Positions 46,110 to 56,390 of a stretch of 64,000 nucleotides of DNA are shown in pieces. The stretch is from Candidatus Thiovulum imperiosus (GTDB taxonomy: Bacteria; Campylobacterota; Campylobacteria; Campylobacterales; Thiovulaceae), in contig JAMJTW010000031.1 of assembly GCA_024281175.1 (NCBI GenBank), positions 20,100 through 84,099 of the forward strand. Reading direction: 5' to 3'. The notes beneath the pieces were generated by a model. The model had not been told where the DNA came from and ran no database searches. It saw nothing but the letters and a program-made list of their open reading frames with translations. Numbering within the stretch: the stretch's first letter is position 1; every line of letters starts with the position of its first letter. Position numbers and translations under genes: made by a program.

Positions 46110-46478
46110 TTGAAAATATTAGTAGTTGATGACAGTTCTACAATGAGAAGAATTATTAAAAATACGCTCGGTAGATTGAATTATAAAGATATTCTCGAAG
46201 CTGAACACGGTGTTGAGGCTTGGTCCATTATGGAAGCAAATAAAGATTTAGGCATGTTGATTACAGACTGGAATATGCCTGAAATGAATGGACTGGAACT
46301 TGTCAAAAAAGTAAGAGGTTCAGGTGATTTTAATGAATTACCAATAATTATGGTTACTACTGAAGGTGGGAAAGCTGAAGTTATTACAGCCCTTAAAGCT
46401 GGGGTTAATAACTATATAGTAAAACCATTTACTCCTCAAGTTCTTAAAGAGAAACTCTCTGCTGTAATGGGTGGTTAA
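46110..46478 (+). CDS. cheY: Chemotaxis response regulator CheY
   Basis: Near-collinear with Helicobacter/Campylobacter CheY (VVDDSSTMRRIIKNTL, ITDWNMPEMNG, GVNNYIVKPFTPQVLKEKL). Confidence 0.95.
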   Translation: MKILVVDDSSTMRRIIKNTLGRLNYKDILEAEHGVEAWSIMEANKDLGMLITDWNMPEMNGLELVKKVRGSGDFNELPIIMVTTEGGKAEVITALKAGVNNYIVKPFTPQVLKEKLSAVMGG

Positions 46479-47302
46479 TGGAGAGATACTACTACGAATT
46501 AGTAGTAAAACCTCTCTCTCACTACGACCTATTCCTAGACTTCACTCTTCAAATAGTTGAAGATGGTTTGGAAGAGTTTGATGACTCTATTATTGTTAGA
46601 AACCTCCAACCGCTAGATGATGTGGCTTGGGGGATTGAACAGTTTCGAAAAAAGTTAGAAGAGAAATTTGGAATAGAAATTTTTGTACAAATTTCTGAAA
46701 AAAGACTAGAAAATAGAGACTGGATAGAGAACTTTAAACAGAGTGTCCAACCAGTTTTAATACCACCTTTTTACATTCACCCAACTTGGCACAAACCTAA
46801 AAAAGAACTTATATCTCTTGCAATAGACCCTGCAATGGCATTTGGTTCAGGACATCATGAAAGTACAGAACTCTGCTTGGGACTTATAAGCGAAATGGAA
46901 GTTTCTAAAAAGTCTCTTCTTGATGTTGGAACTGGTAGCGGAATTCTTGGAATTGCTGGAGCAAAACTTGGAGCAGAAGTCTCTATTTGTGATATAGACC
47001 CTGTTGCTGTGGATAGTGCCGTAGAGAATTTTGAAAAGAACGGTTTGGAGTTTGTAGAGAGCTGGATAGGTTCGGCAGGAGATACAGGAAATAGCTACGA
47101 TATAGTTATCGCAAACATAATTCCAGATGTGATAGTCGCGATTTCTAAAAGTTTACGAGAGAGAAGCGTAGATAAACTTCTCCTTTCTGGAATTCTTTCC
47201 AATAGGTATAATCTCGTTTTAGAAAATTTTTCAGATTTTAAGTTGGTTCAAAAGAGGGAGAAAAACGAGTGGGTTGCTCTTCTTTTGGAAAAAAGGGTTT
47301 AG
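46478..47302 (+). CDS. prmA: Ribosomal protein L11 methyltransferase
   Basis: AFGSGHHESTELCL and the SAM motif DVGTGSGILGIA. Lies next to cheY, as in Helicobacter. Confidence 0.9.
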   Translation: MERYYYELVVKPLSHYDLFLDFTLQIVEDGLEEFDDSIIVRNLQPLDDVAWGIEQFRKKLEEKFGIEIFVQISEKRLENRDWIENFKQSVQPVLIPPFYIHPTWHKPKKELISLAIDPAMAFGSGHHESTELCLGLISEMEVSKKSLLDVGTGSGILGIAGAKLGAEVSICDIDPVAVDSAVENFEKNGLEFVESWIGSAGDTGNSYDIVIANIIPDVIVAISKSLRERSVDKLLLSGILSNRYNLVLENFSDFKLVQKREKNEWVALLLEKRV

Positions 47303-48370
47303 TTGATGATTTTAGTAATGAGTAATAATGCTACTGAAGCTGATATAGACAGTGTAGCAAAACAGATAAAAGAGTGGGGACATGATGTGAGTATCTCCAA
47401 AGGTGAAATCCAAACTATTATTGGTATTATTGGAGATAAACAGGATTTAGCTGGAAAGCCTCTTCACACTCTAGCAGGAGTTGAAAAGGTTCTTGAGGTT
47501 TCTGCTCCATACAAGAAAGCAAGTCGGGCTTTTCATCCTGAAGACTCAACTTTAGATATTGCAGGTGTAAAAATTGGTGGAGGACATAAAAGTATTATTG
47601 CTGGACCATGTTCAGTAGATAGTTATGAGAACCTCATCAACATTGCAAAATCTGTTCAGAAAGCTGGAGCGACAATGCTTCGAGGTGGTGCATTCAAACC
47701 TAGAACAAGTCCATACTCTTTTCAAGGTAAAGGAAAAGAGGGACTAGAGATGTTAGCTGAAGCTAGAAGAGAGACAGGTCTTCCAATTGTAACAGAGCTT
47801 ATGAGTGAAAAAGATATAGACCTTGTGTATCAGTATACAGATGTTATTCAAATTGGTGCTAGAAATATGCAAAACTTCGCACTTCTTAAAGAGATTGGAA
47901 AACTTGGTAAACCTGTAATTCTTAAAAACGGTATCGCTTCAACTGTAAAAGAGCATCTTATGAGTGTGGAGTATGTTTTAAGTGGTGGTTTACAAGAGGT
48001 GATAATCGCTCTTCGAGGTGTCAGAAGTTATGAAACAGCTATGAGAAATACTCTTGATGTGGCTCTTGTTCCTTACCTTCAAAAAGAGACTCATCTACCT
48101 GTAATTGTAGACCCGTCTCACTCTGCTGGAAAACGGGAGTTTGTTTCTGCATTAGGTTTTGCTGGAATGGCTGCTGGAGCTGATGGAATGATAATCGAAG
48201 TTCACCCTTGTCCAAGTTGTGCATTGTCTGATGGAGACCAAGCTCTACTTCCTGAGGATTTCGATTACCTTATGGAAAAGATAAAAGTTCTTGATGCTTG
48301 GAACCAGAAAGAGTGGAAAGAGAAGTTTGGAAGTAAAAAAACTAGCGACTCTTTTTTAGGAGGTAAGTAA
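47303..48370 (+). CDS. aroF: 3-deoxy-7-phosphoheptulonate synthase, type I-beta, with an N-terminal regulatory extension
   Basis: [24 protein letters not shown] and VDPSHS motifs. About 70 extra aa of ferredoxin/ACT-like N-terminus. Confidence 0.9.
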   Translation: MMILVMSNNATEADIDSVAKQIKEWGHDVSISKGEIQTIIGIIGDKQDLAGKPLHTLAGVEKVLEVSAPYKKASRAFHPEDSTLDIAGVKIGGGHKSIIAGPCSVDSYENLINIAKSVQKAGATMLRGGAFKPRTSPYSFQGKGKEGLEMLAEARRETGLPIVTELMSEKDIDLVYQYTDVIQIGARNMQNFALLKEIGKLGKPVILKNGIASTVKEHLMSVEYVLSGGLQEVIIALRGVRSYETAMRNTLDVALVPYLQKETHLPVIVDPSHSAGKREFVSALGFAGMAAGADGMIIEVHPCPSCALSDGDQALLPEDFDYLMEKIKVLDAWNQKEWKEKFGSKKTSDSFLGGK

Positions 48371-48582
48371 TGGGAATGCCAGGTGGAATTGAGTGGTTAC
48401 TAATTCTTGGAATTGTAGTTCTTATTTTTGGTGGAAAAAAAATTCCTGAACTTATGAAAGGTGTTGGAACTGGAATTAAGAACTTCAAAAGTGCTGTAAA
48501 AGATGATGAGAAGAAAGAGGAGATTGCTGAAACTAAAACAGAAACCCCTAAACCAGAAGTACAAAAGAGTGAGAAAGTCTAG
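48370..48582 (+). CDS. tatA: Twin-arginine translocase subunit TatA
   Basis: A single TM, then [21 protein letters not shown] and an acidic tail. Confidence 0.85.
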   Translation: MGMPGGIEWLLILGIVVLIFGGKKIPELMKGVGTGIKNFKSAVKDDEKKEEIAETKTETPKPEVQKSEKV

Positions 48583-49847
48583 TGGTTAAAATTGCCATTT
48601 TAGGTGTTGGAACTGTTGGAGAGTCAGTAGCTCGAATTTTAGAAGAGAATAGAGATATCATTTCAGCAAGAGCTGGAAAAGAGATAGTTCCTGTGCTTGG
48701 GGTTGTAAGAGATTTAGGAAAAGAGAGAAGTGTCTCCTTTCCTCTAACTACTTCCCTGGAAGATGCTCTTTCTCGAGATGATATCGATATCTTTGTAGAA
48801 CTTATGGGTGGAGTTGATGAACCTTACCAAGTTGTAAAAACTGCTTTAGAAAATGGAAAGAGTGTTGTTACGGCAAACAAAGCTCTACTAGCTTATCATC
48901 GATATGAACTTCAAGAGATAGCTGGAACCGTTCAATTTGAATTTGAAGCGAGTGTTGCTGGAGGAATTCCAATCATCAATGCTCTTCGAGAGGGTCTAAG
49001 TGCAAATCATATCGAGGGAATTAGAGGTATTTTGAATGGAACTTCAAATTACATTCTTACAGAAATGATACAAAAGGGTGCAGATTTTGGAGAGACTCTA
49101 AAAATTGCTCAAGAACTTGGATATGCTGAAGCTGACCCAACTTTTGATATTGGCGGTTTTGATGCTGGTCATAAACTTCTGATACTAGCCTCCATTGCTT
49201 ACGGTATTGATGCAAAACCTGAAGATATACTTATCGAAGGTATCGAGGAGATTTCAGCTGATGACATCTATTTTGCAAATGAATTTGGATACTCAATCAA
49301 ACTTCTTGGAATTGCAAAAAAAGAGGGTGATGAGGTAGAACTTCGAGTTCACCCAACAATGGTTTCAAATAGCGAAATGATTGCAAAAATTGATGGAGTT
49401 ATGAATGGTGTTTCTGTAATTGGAGATAAAGTTGGTGAGACTCTCTATTATGGTGCTGGAGCTGGTGGAGATGCAACTGCTAGTGCTGTGATTTCAAACC
49501 TCATCGACATTGTTCGACATGACAAGAAATTTCCAATGCTTGGGTTTAAAAAGCCTCTTGAGAGCGGTTTAAGACTCCGAAATCGGGAAGATATAGAGAC
49601 AAACTACTATGTTCGAACTAGAGTTGAAGACCGTGCAGGAGTTCTTGCCGAGATTTCTAAAATTTTAGGCGATTTTGGAATTTCTATAAATGCTGTTCTT
49701 CAAAACAATGAAGAGAAAGAGGAGACTACAAACCTTCTAATTTCTACTCATAAAACAAAAGAGAGTCAAATCCTTTCAGCTCTGAAAGAGATTTCAACAC
49801 TCGACTTTGTAAAAGATAAACCTTTTATGATGAGAATAGAGAGATAG
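48582..49847 (+). CDS. hom: Homoserine dehydrogenase
   Basis: ILGVGTVG NAD motif, catalytic domain (GILNGTSNYILT), and a C-terminal ACT domain. GTG start. Confidence 0.95.
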   Translation: MVKIAILGVGTVGESVARILEENRDIISARAGKEIVPVLGVVRDLGKERSVSFPLTTSLEDALSRDDIDIFVELMGGVDEPYQVVKTALENGKSVVTANKALLAYHRYELQEIAGTVQFEFEASVAGGIPIINALREGLSANHIEGIRGILNGTSNYILTEMIQKGADFGETLKIAQELGYAEADPTFDIGGFDAGHKLLILASIAYGIDAKPEDILIEGIEEISADDIYFANEFGYSIKLLGIAKKEGDEVELRVHPTMVSNSEMIAKIDGVMNGVSVIGDKVGETLYYGAGAGGDATASAVISNLIDIVRHDKKFPMLGFKKPLESGLRLRNREDIETNYYVRTRVEDRAGVLAEISKILGDFGISINAVLQNNEEKEETTNLLISTHKTKESQILSALKEISTLDFVKDKPFMMRIER

Positions 49848-49864
49848 AGTCTCTCTCTACTCTC

Positions 49865-50863
49865 TTAAGCATAGTAACCATACTTTTTTAAATCTATTCC
49901 TATTTTCTCTTCTAATTTTCTATTTGAGTTTTTATGAAAAGATAAAATTTCTTTTCTGAAACTATCTTTCATCGGTGAGTATTTAATATAGATGATTTTG
50001 TCTAAAACTCGTTGGAGAAATATTCTTAAAGAAATCCTATAAAAGAACCTTGCCAAAGTTTTGTAAAAAATATTGCGATTGTATCTCTCTGAAAAAAATC
50101 TCTTTATAGGATTTATTGATATAAAACCTAGAGAGTGTTGATGATAACCTAAAAATCTATTCAAAACATAAGCAATTCTTGCAGAGATAAGAGAATATCC
50201 TCTATTTCTTCCTTTCCCTCTATCTTTAACATCTTTTAGCTCTATCTCCTCTTCTAAGAAGTTACCTATATTTTGAACGAAACTTTCTCTATCTTTTACA
50301 AACATCTCAAAAGGGACAAAAAGAGTATCTTTAAATTTGTCATCTATTTTGTTGTAGAAATATAAGTAGTTCAACATCTTATAATCAAAACTTGGAGCAA
50401 GAGGTCTTTTAATATTTGTATCTGTAAACTCTTTGAATGTAATAGTCCAACCCTCATGAAGAGTCTGTTTGAAAGCTGATTCTAACCAACTATCTTGTCT
50501 TCTAAAAGTCAAAATGATTTTTGCATCTGGGAAAAGTTTATAGATAAAATCCATGTTTTTGTCAAACTCTAGATAGCTATTCGCCATATTACCAACTAGC
50601 CCTTCTCTGCTTATTAAGATATTCTCTTTCTCAATTTCACTTATCTCTATCTCTATCTCTTCTCTTTTTTGCTCAATATCTACGGCAATAGGATGAGAGT
50701 AATTGATATCATCTAAAATCTCTCCAATTTTAGAATCTCCACGAATAAATTCACTATTTTCCAATTTCGGAAAGAGATTATCTTGTAAAAATGTAGTAGC
50801 AGTTTTGTGCATTCCAATATGAATGTATATATTTTTTACCATAAATATACCTTTAAAATGCAC
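49865..50863 (-). CDS. Sulfotransferase-like P-loop protein (tentative)
   Basis: IHIGMHKTATTFLQ resembles the PAPS 5'-phosphosulfate-binding loop of sulfotransferase-family proteins. The rest is unassigned. The likely start is the internal Met (MVKNIY). Confidence 0.45.
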   Translation of the reverse strand: MHFKGIFMVKNIYIHIGMHKTATTFLQDNLFPKLENSEFIRGDSKIGEILDDINYSHPIAVDIEQKREEIEIEISEIEKENILISREGLVGNMANSYLEFDKNMDFIYKLFPDAKIILTFRRQDSWLESAFKQTLHEGWTITFKEFTDTNIKRPLAPSFDYKMLNYLYFYNKIDDKFKDTLFVPFEMFVKDRESFVQNIGNFLEEEIELKDVKDRGKGRNRGYSLISARIAYVLNRFLGYHQHSLGFISINPIKRFFSERYNRNIFYKTLARFFYRISLRIFLQRVLDKIIYIKYSPMKDSFRKEILSFHKNSNRKLEEKIGIDLKKYGYYA

Positions 50864-50869
50864 ATCTAT

Positions 50870-52459
50870 TTACTGTTTTTCTCGATACTCTTCATAAGTT
50901 CCTCTGAAATCAGCAATTCGTCCATCTGGAAAAATTTCAATTACTCGATTTGCAAAAGCGTCAAGAAGTTCACGGTCATGACTAACAACAATAGCATTCC
51001 CCTCAAAATTGTGAAGAGCTTCACCAAGAGCGATAATGGACTCAAGGTCTAAATGGTTGTTTGGTTCATCAAGAAGCAGGAAGTTACCTTGTTCCAACAT
51101 CATTTTCGAAAGCATCATTCTATGTTTTTCACCTCCAGAGATACTTTTTACACTCTTTTCCTGTTCTTCACCAGAAAAGAGCATTCTTCCAAGACAGTTT
51201 CTAACTTCAGCCAAATCACCTTTTGGATTGAAAGATTTAAGCCACTCATAAAGTGTATAATCTCCAACGATTTTATCGGTTGTATCTTGCGGAAAATATC
51301 CAGTTTGAACAGTTGTTCCCCATTTCACATCTCCACTTTCTGGTATTAGTTCACCTAACATAAGTTTTAGTAGTGTACTCTTTCCAACACCATTTCCACC
51401 AATAAGAGCTATCTTATCTCCATGTTCAATTTTGAAAGTCTGTTTCTCAAAAAGTTTTCTCTCACCCTCATATCCAAATGTTACATCTTCAAAAAGCAGA
51501 GTGTCATTACCAATAGTTCTATTCAATTTAAAAACAATGCTTGGGTCTCTACGAGAAGATGGTTTCACATCATCTATATTCAACTTTTCTAACTGTTTCT
51601 GTCTTGAAGTTGCCTGTTTTGCCTTTGAAGCGTTTGCTGAAAATCGTCGAATAAAAGACTCCAGTTCTGCTTTCTCTTTCAACTTTTTACTTCTTTCAGC
51701 TTCCTGTTTCTTTGCAATTACCGTAGAAGCAAGATACCAATCATTATAGTTTCCTGTAAATTCTCGAATTGTTTTGAAATCTAAATCAAGAACATGAGTA
51801 ACAACTTCATTCAAAAAGTGTCTATCGTGAGAAATCACAAGAAGAGTTCCCTCATGTCTCTGAAGTTGTCTCTCAACCCAAGAGATAGCTTCTAAATCTA
51901 AGTTATTTGTAGGTTCGTCGAGAAAGAGAATATCTGGTTTTGGAAAAAGAACTTGAGCAAGAAGAACTTTAAATTTATCAGCACTAGAGAGTGAAGACAT
52001 CGGGTTATAGATTTCACTTGCTGGAACTCCAAGACCTTCAAGTATTTTTGTAATATTTACTTCATACTCATAAGTTGGGTCTTCCTCAACTGTAACAACT
52101 TCGAGTTCTGCAAGTCTATTGTTTACCTCATCAGTAAATTCTGGACTCATATAGAGTTTCTCTTTTTCCTTTATAGCATCATAAAGTCTACGATTTCCAA
52201 AAAGAACAGCATCTAAAACTGTAAACTCTTCAAATGCAAATTGGTTCTGTCCAAGAACTCCCACTCTCAATCCAGGCTCAATAGAGATTTCTCCATCATA
52301 CTCATCTATTTCACCCGAAAGAATTTTCATAAATGTAGACTTTCCAGCACCATTTGCCCCAATAAGTCCATATCTCTTATTTACATCTAATTTTAAGTTT
52401 ATATTTTCAAATAGAATTCGCTTTCCAAATCTCTTTGTCAAATTTACAGTTTGTAACAT
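50870..52459 (-). CDS. ABC-F family ATPase (two fused ABC cassettes, no membrane domain)
   Basis: Walker A GANGAGKST and GGNGVGKST. Signature motifs LSSADKFK-like and ISGGEK. Charged interdomain linker. Confidence 0.9.
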   Translation of the reverse strand: MLQTVNLTKRFGKRILFENINLKLDVNKRYGLIGANGAGKSTFMKILSGEIDEYDGEISIEPGLRVGVLGQNQFAFEEFTVLDAVLFGNRRLYDAIKEKEKLYMSPEFTDEVNNRLAELEVVTVEEDPTYEYEVNITKILEGLGVPASEIYNPMSSLSSADKFKVLLAQVLFPKPDILFLDEPTNNLDLEAISWVERQLQRHEGTLLVISHDRHFLNEVVTHVLDLDFKTIREFTGNYNDWYLASTVIAKKQEAERSKKLKEKAELESFIRRFSANASKAKQATSRQKQLEKLNIDDVKPSSRRDPSIVFKLNRTIGNDTLLFEDVTFGYEGERKLFEKQTFKIEHGDKIALIGGNGVGKSTLLKLMLGELIPESGDVKWGTTVQTGYFPQDTTDKIVGDYTLYEWLKSFNPKGDLAEVRNCLGRMLFSGEEQEKSVKSISGGEKHRMMLSKMMLEQGNFLLLDEPNNHLDLESIIALGEALHNFEGNAIVVSHDRELLDAFANRVIEIFPDGRIADFRGTYEEYREKQ

Positions 52460-52594
52460 CTATATCCAATTTTTTCCTCTATTTTACCGTAATGAAGTAT
52501 TAGAGAATAGAGTCTTGCTTTTTAGATAAATATGAAAAGAAAACTTTTTTGTAAAATTCCAAATAATAAAATTTACATGAAATGATAATTCTAA

Positions 52595-55222
52595 ATGATA
52601 CCTGAAACAGATTTCAAATATATTGCTAAAAATACTTTTAAAATAAAGTTACTCTTTATTCTATCTTTCACAATATTTAGTTTTTTAGTAACAGCAATTA
52701 TCTATTTAACATCTTTAAAACTTCATAATAATTTTCTTGAAGCTCATATAAATAGCGAAGCGGAAACTTTTTTAGAAAGAGATAAAGAGAATTTTAGAGA
52801 GTCACTTAAAGATTTTGAAGATATAGTAAATCTACTTTTTAAGAGTAACGAATTTGAAAACTATTTAAAAAGCGGAGATGAAAACCAGACCTCATCACTA
52901 TTTAGATACACAATAAATTTCAAAAGAGATATCTACCAACTACGATATATAGATAGTAGTGGAGTTGAAAAGATAAGATTTCAGAGAGACAAAATAGGTG
53001 AAAAACCTTATAAAGTTTCTGATAAGTTTTTGCAAAACAAGAGAGATAGTTACTATTTTAAAGAGATTTCAGAATTGGAAAATAGTCAAATCTGGTACTC
53101 ATATATAGATTTAAATAGTGAGCGGGGAGAGATAGAAACACCATTTATTCCAACTTTAAGAGTTGCTAAGAAAGTGTTTGTTGAAAACAAGTATCATGGA
53201 TTTCTAATTTTGAATATATTTATGGAAGATATTCTATTAGATTTATTAGAGTCCAATATATTTAATGTATCTATTCTTGATGATAAAAAAAATTTTCTAA
53301 TTCATAAAGAACTATCTTGGTCGAAATATCTTGATAAAAAAGTAGAAAACTATTTACCACCATACAGCGAGAAGATAATAACTTCAGATAGTTTCTACTC
53401 TAAAGAGATATTTGCAACTCATTTAAACCCATATATCAATATGCCTGAAAGACTCTATCTAATTTTACAATTAAATTTTGAGAGTTTTGAAGAGGCTAAG
53501 AAAGAGAACAACTTTTACATCTTAATAGCTACAACAACAATTTTTCTATTTACAATTTTTATAGGAACTCTATTCTCTTACATTCCATCTAAACTTTCAA
53601 AAAGTCTATTAGAGACAAAATTTAGACAAGAACTTGTTAGAAAAAAATTTAATGAATATATTAAAGCGATGGAGAAAAATAATATTATCTCAAAAAGTGA
53701 TTTATCAGGAAATATAACTTATGTAAATGACAATTTCTGTAATATCACAGGATATAGTCGAGATGAGGTTCTTGGTAAACCTCACTCTATTCTTCGTGCA
53801 GAAGATGTTCCAAAAGAGACTTTTAAAAATTTGTGGGAAACTTTAGAAGCAAAAGAGAGTTGGCAAGGTATTCTAAAAAATAGAGCTAAAGATGGGAAAT
53901 CTTACTGGGTAGATACTGTAATTAAACCTGTATTGAATACTCAAAATAGAGTTGTTGAGTATATAGCTGTTAGACATGATATTACCGAACTTATGGAGCA
54001 GAGACAACATCTTTTAAAAATAGCACAAACTGATGAATTGACCTCTTTTGGAAATAAGAGAAAGTTGATGGAAGATATAAGTAAAAAAGATGCACACAAC
54101 TTAGCAATTTTTACAATAAATGGATTTATAAATATTGGTGATATATATGGGTATGATATATCAAATGAAATTATTAAGCAGTTTGGCTTTATCATAGAAA
54201 GAGAGTTACACAAGAACTTCCAAATTTATAGAATAGATAATGACAGATTTGCCGTTTTAAACTACTCTTTTCAAAAAGAGCATTTTATAAATTTTATCTA
54301 TCTTTTAAATCAGAAACTTAGTAATAGCTCAATTTCTACTAAAGTTAAAGATTTCAATTTAACAACAACTTGTGGAGTCTCCACTGAAAACAGCGATACT
54401 CTTTTAGTAACAGCTGAAATGACAAATCGCCATGCTCATAATATTAATAAAGATATCTTGGTCTACTCCAAAAATTTGGGGATTGAAGAGAACCATAAAA
54501 ACAATATATTCTGGATAGATAAGATAAGAAAAGCTCTTGGAGAAGATAGAATTGTTGTCTTTTATCAACCAATTTATAACTACAAAAATGGAAAAATCGA
54601 GAAATTTGAAGCATTAGTTCGAATGGTTGAAAATGAAGATGTTATCTCTCCTCTACTCTTTTTACACATAGCTAAAGCCTCCCAACAATATTTAAAAATC
54701 ACTAAACAGGTTATAAAAAGCAGTTTTGAGACTTTTCAGAATCTCGACTATGAATTCTCTATAAATTTAACAATTGAAGATATTTTAGATGATGATATGA
54801 ATAGTTATTTAATTAAGATGCTGGAAGAGTATGATGATATTGGAAAAAAATTGGTTATAGAACTGGTCGAGTCGGAGAGTATACAATCTTTTTCAGAAGT
54901 TGATAAGTTTTTAAAAAAGTTAAAGAGTTACGGCTGTTCAATAGCTATTGATGATTTTGGAACAGGATATAGCAATTTTGAGTATCTAATAAAACTTGAA
55001 CCAGATTACATAAAAATAGATGGTAGTTTAGTGGAGAACATAGTTCGAGACGATAACTCAAAAGAGATAGTAAAAACAATTGTAGATTTCGGTCATAAAA
55101 TGGGCTATAAAGTTATTGGAGAGTTTATCTCAAATAGAGAGATTTACTCTATGATAGAAAATTTAAATTTAGATTACGCTCAAGGCTTCTATATTGGTAA
55201 ACCCAAATCTAGTCCTGTCTGA
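52595..55222 (+). CDS. Membrane sensor: periplasmic domain, PAS, degenerate GGDEF and EAL (c-di-GMP phosphodiesterase-type)
   Basis: Two TM helices flank a loop of about 280 aa. PAS/PAC block (ITYVNDNFCNITGYSRDEVLGKPHSIL). The GGDEF position reads RIDNDRF. EAL motifs EALVRM, ELVESE, DDFGTGYSN and AQGFYIGKP. Confidence 0.9.
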   Translation: MIPETDFKYIAKNTFKIKLLFILSFTIFSFLVTAIIYLTSLKLHNNFLEAHINSEAETFLERDKENFRESLKDFEDIVNLLFKSNEFENYLKSGDENQTSSLFRYTINFKRDIYQLRYIDSSGVEKIRFQRDKIGEKPYKVSDKFLQNKRDSYYFKEISELENSQIWYSYIDLNSERGEIETPFIPTLRVAKKVFVENKYHGFLILNIFMEDILLDLLESNIFNVSILDDKKNFLIHKELSWSKYLDKKVENYLPPYSEKIITSDSFYSKEIFATHLNPYINMPERLYLILQLNFESFEEAKKENNFYILIATTTIFLFTIFIGTLFSYIPSKLSKSLLETKFRQELVRKKFNEYIKAMEKNNIISKSDLSGNITYVNDNFCNITGYSRDEVLGKPHSILRAEDVPKETFKNLWETLEAKESWQGILKNRAKDGKSYWVDTVIKPVLNTQNRVVEYIAVRHDITELMEQRQHLLKIAQTDELTSFGNKRKLMEDISKKDAHNLAIFTINGFINIGDIYGYDISNEIIKQFGFIIERELHKNFQIYRIDNDRFAVLNYSFQKEHFINFIYLLNQKLSNSSISTKVKDFNLTTTCGVSTENSDTLLVTAEMTNRHAHNINKDILVYSKNLGIEENHKNNIFWIDKIRKALGEDRIVVFYQPIYNYKNGKIEKFEALVRMVENEDVISPLLFLHIAKASQQYLKITKQVIKSSFETFQNLDYEFSINLTIEDILDDDMNSYLIKMLEEYDDIGKKLVIELVESESIQSFSEVDKFLKKLKSYGCSIAIDDFGTGYSNFEYLIKLEPDYIKIDGSLVENIVRDDNSKEIVKTIVDFGHKMGYKVIGEFISNREIYSMIENLNLDYAQGFYIGKPKSSPV

Positions 55223-55270
55223 TAAAATAGTAGTTAAAAGTTACAATAGACCCTTTACTTTTTTATCATT

Positions 55271-55348
55271 TTGACCGAACAAAATAGAGTGGATAGGTTC
55301 TCTGAGACTACTCCATTCCAATACGCTTTAGTCGAGGTAATGGAAACA
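55271..55348. repeat. Partial repeat-family copy adjoining a full element
   Basis: TGACCGAACAAAATAG (degenerate terminal repeat) and the CTCTGAG module. Confidence 0.4.
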
Positions 55349-55522
55349 GGAGTGACTAAATAGGCTTCTGCCTCTCTTGTCATTTAGTGAAACTTCGGAT
55401 ATGAACGAAGTGATTTAGAAATCTTGGAAACTTATAGTTTTACTAAAAGATTTCTCACCCGAAAGGGTTCGAAATGACATATAGGTTGTTAAAGCATAAA
55501 AATACTCTATTTAGTCAGTTTC
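55349..55522. mobile_element. Full-length MITE-like element, 174 bp, inverted relative to the 10306 copy
   Basis: GGAGTGACTAAATAG ... GTCATTTAGTGAAACTTCGGATATGAACGAAGTGATTTAGAAATCTTGG ... AAGATTTCTCACCCGAAAGGGTTCGAAATGAC ... CTATTTAGTCAGTTTC. Confidence 0.65.
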
Positions 55523-55571
55523 ATGGAAACAAATTAAACTTTTATCACAACATCAGTAAAAAGGAAAAAAT

Positions 55572-56390
55572 TTGATTTTTTCAAATGTAATATCAAGGAC
55601 TTTTGGCAAATTTGCATCAAAAGAGTTTTCATCTCCAGTTCAAAAATTTATAAATGTTTCTTATGTGAAACTTTTAAAGTTGGATATGTCAGAATTTCAT
55701 AAACCGTCACAATATAGTTCTTTAAACAATCTCTTTACAAGAGAACTCACAAACAAGCGAAGTTTTCCAGAAGATAGTTCCAAAGTTATATCTCCAACAG
55801 ACTCAAAGATAACAGCATTTGGAGCAATTCATCAAGGGTTAGCACTCCAAATCAAAGGAATGTCTTATAACATCTCTTCATTACTAACTGAACATATTTC
55901 AAGTGATAAAAAAGGTAGATTAGAGGGTGGAGAGTATATAAATTTCTACTTATCGCCGAAAGATTATCACCACTATCATATGCCAGTAGATGGAGAGATT
56001 TTAAAAGTTATTCATATTCCAGGAAAACTCTATCCTGTGAATATGCCATATTTGAGAAAAAAGCCGAACCTATTTATTGAAAATGAGAGAGTTATTTTAG
56101 AGATATCAGTTCAAGGAAAAACTCTTTTTATGGTTCTTGTTGGTGCTTTAAATGTTGGAAAGATGGTTTTAAACTTTGAGCCAGAAGTGGAGACAAACAT
56201 AAAAGGAGAGACAAAAGTTTTTGATTACACCTCATCACCAAAAAAGATAAAGAAAGGTTCAGATTTAGGTTACTTTAAAATGGGTTCAACAGCAGTATTG
56301 CTATCTGAAAAAGGACTTTTCAAATCTAAAGTTTCTATGTCTCAGAAAGTTAAATTTGGAGAAACCATAGCTGAAATGGAGGAAAATTAG
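55572..56390 (+). CDS. psd: Phosphatidylserine decarboxylase proenzyme
   Basis: LSPKDYHHYHMP and the self-cleavage motif FKMGSTAV. TTG start. Confidence 0.9.
   Translation: MIFSNVISRTFGKFASKEFSSPVQKFINVSYVKLLKLDMSEFHKPSQYSSLNNLFTRELTNKRSFPEDSSKVISPTDSKITAFGAIHQGLALQIKGMSYNISSLLTEHISSDKKGRLEGGEYINFYLSPKDYHHYHMPVDGEILKVIHIPGKLYPVNMPYLRKKPNLFIENERVILEISVQGKTLFMVLVGALNVGKMVLNFEPEVETNIKGETKVFDYTSSPKKIKKGSDLGYFKMGSTAVLLSEKGLFKSKVSMSQKVKFGETIAEMEEN

Noticed and set aside
55460-55480. GGGTTCGAAATGAC box resembling a tRNA T-arm (GGTTCGAAT)
   Set aside because: No acceptor, D or anticodon arms can be drawn around any copy. The box is part of the palindromic repeat family. I found no tRNA genes in the window.
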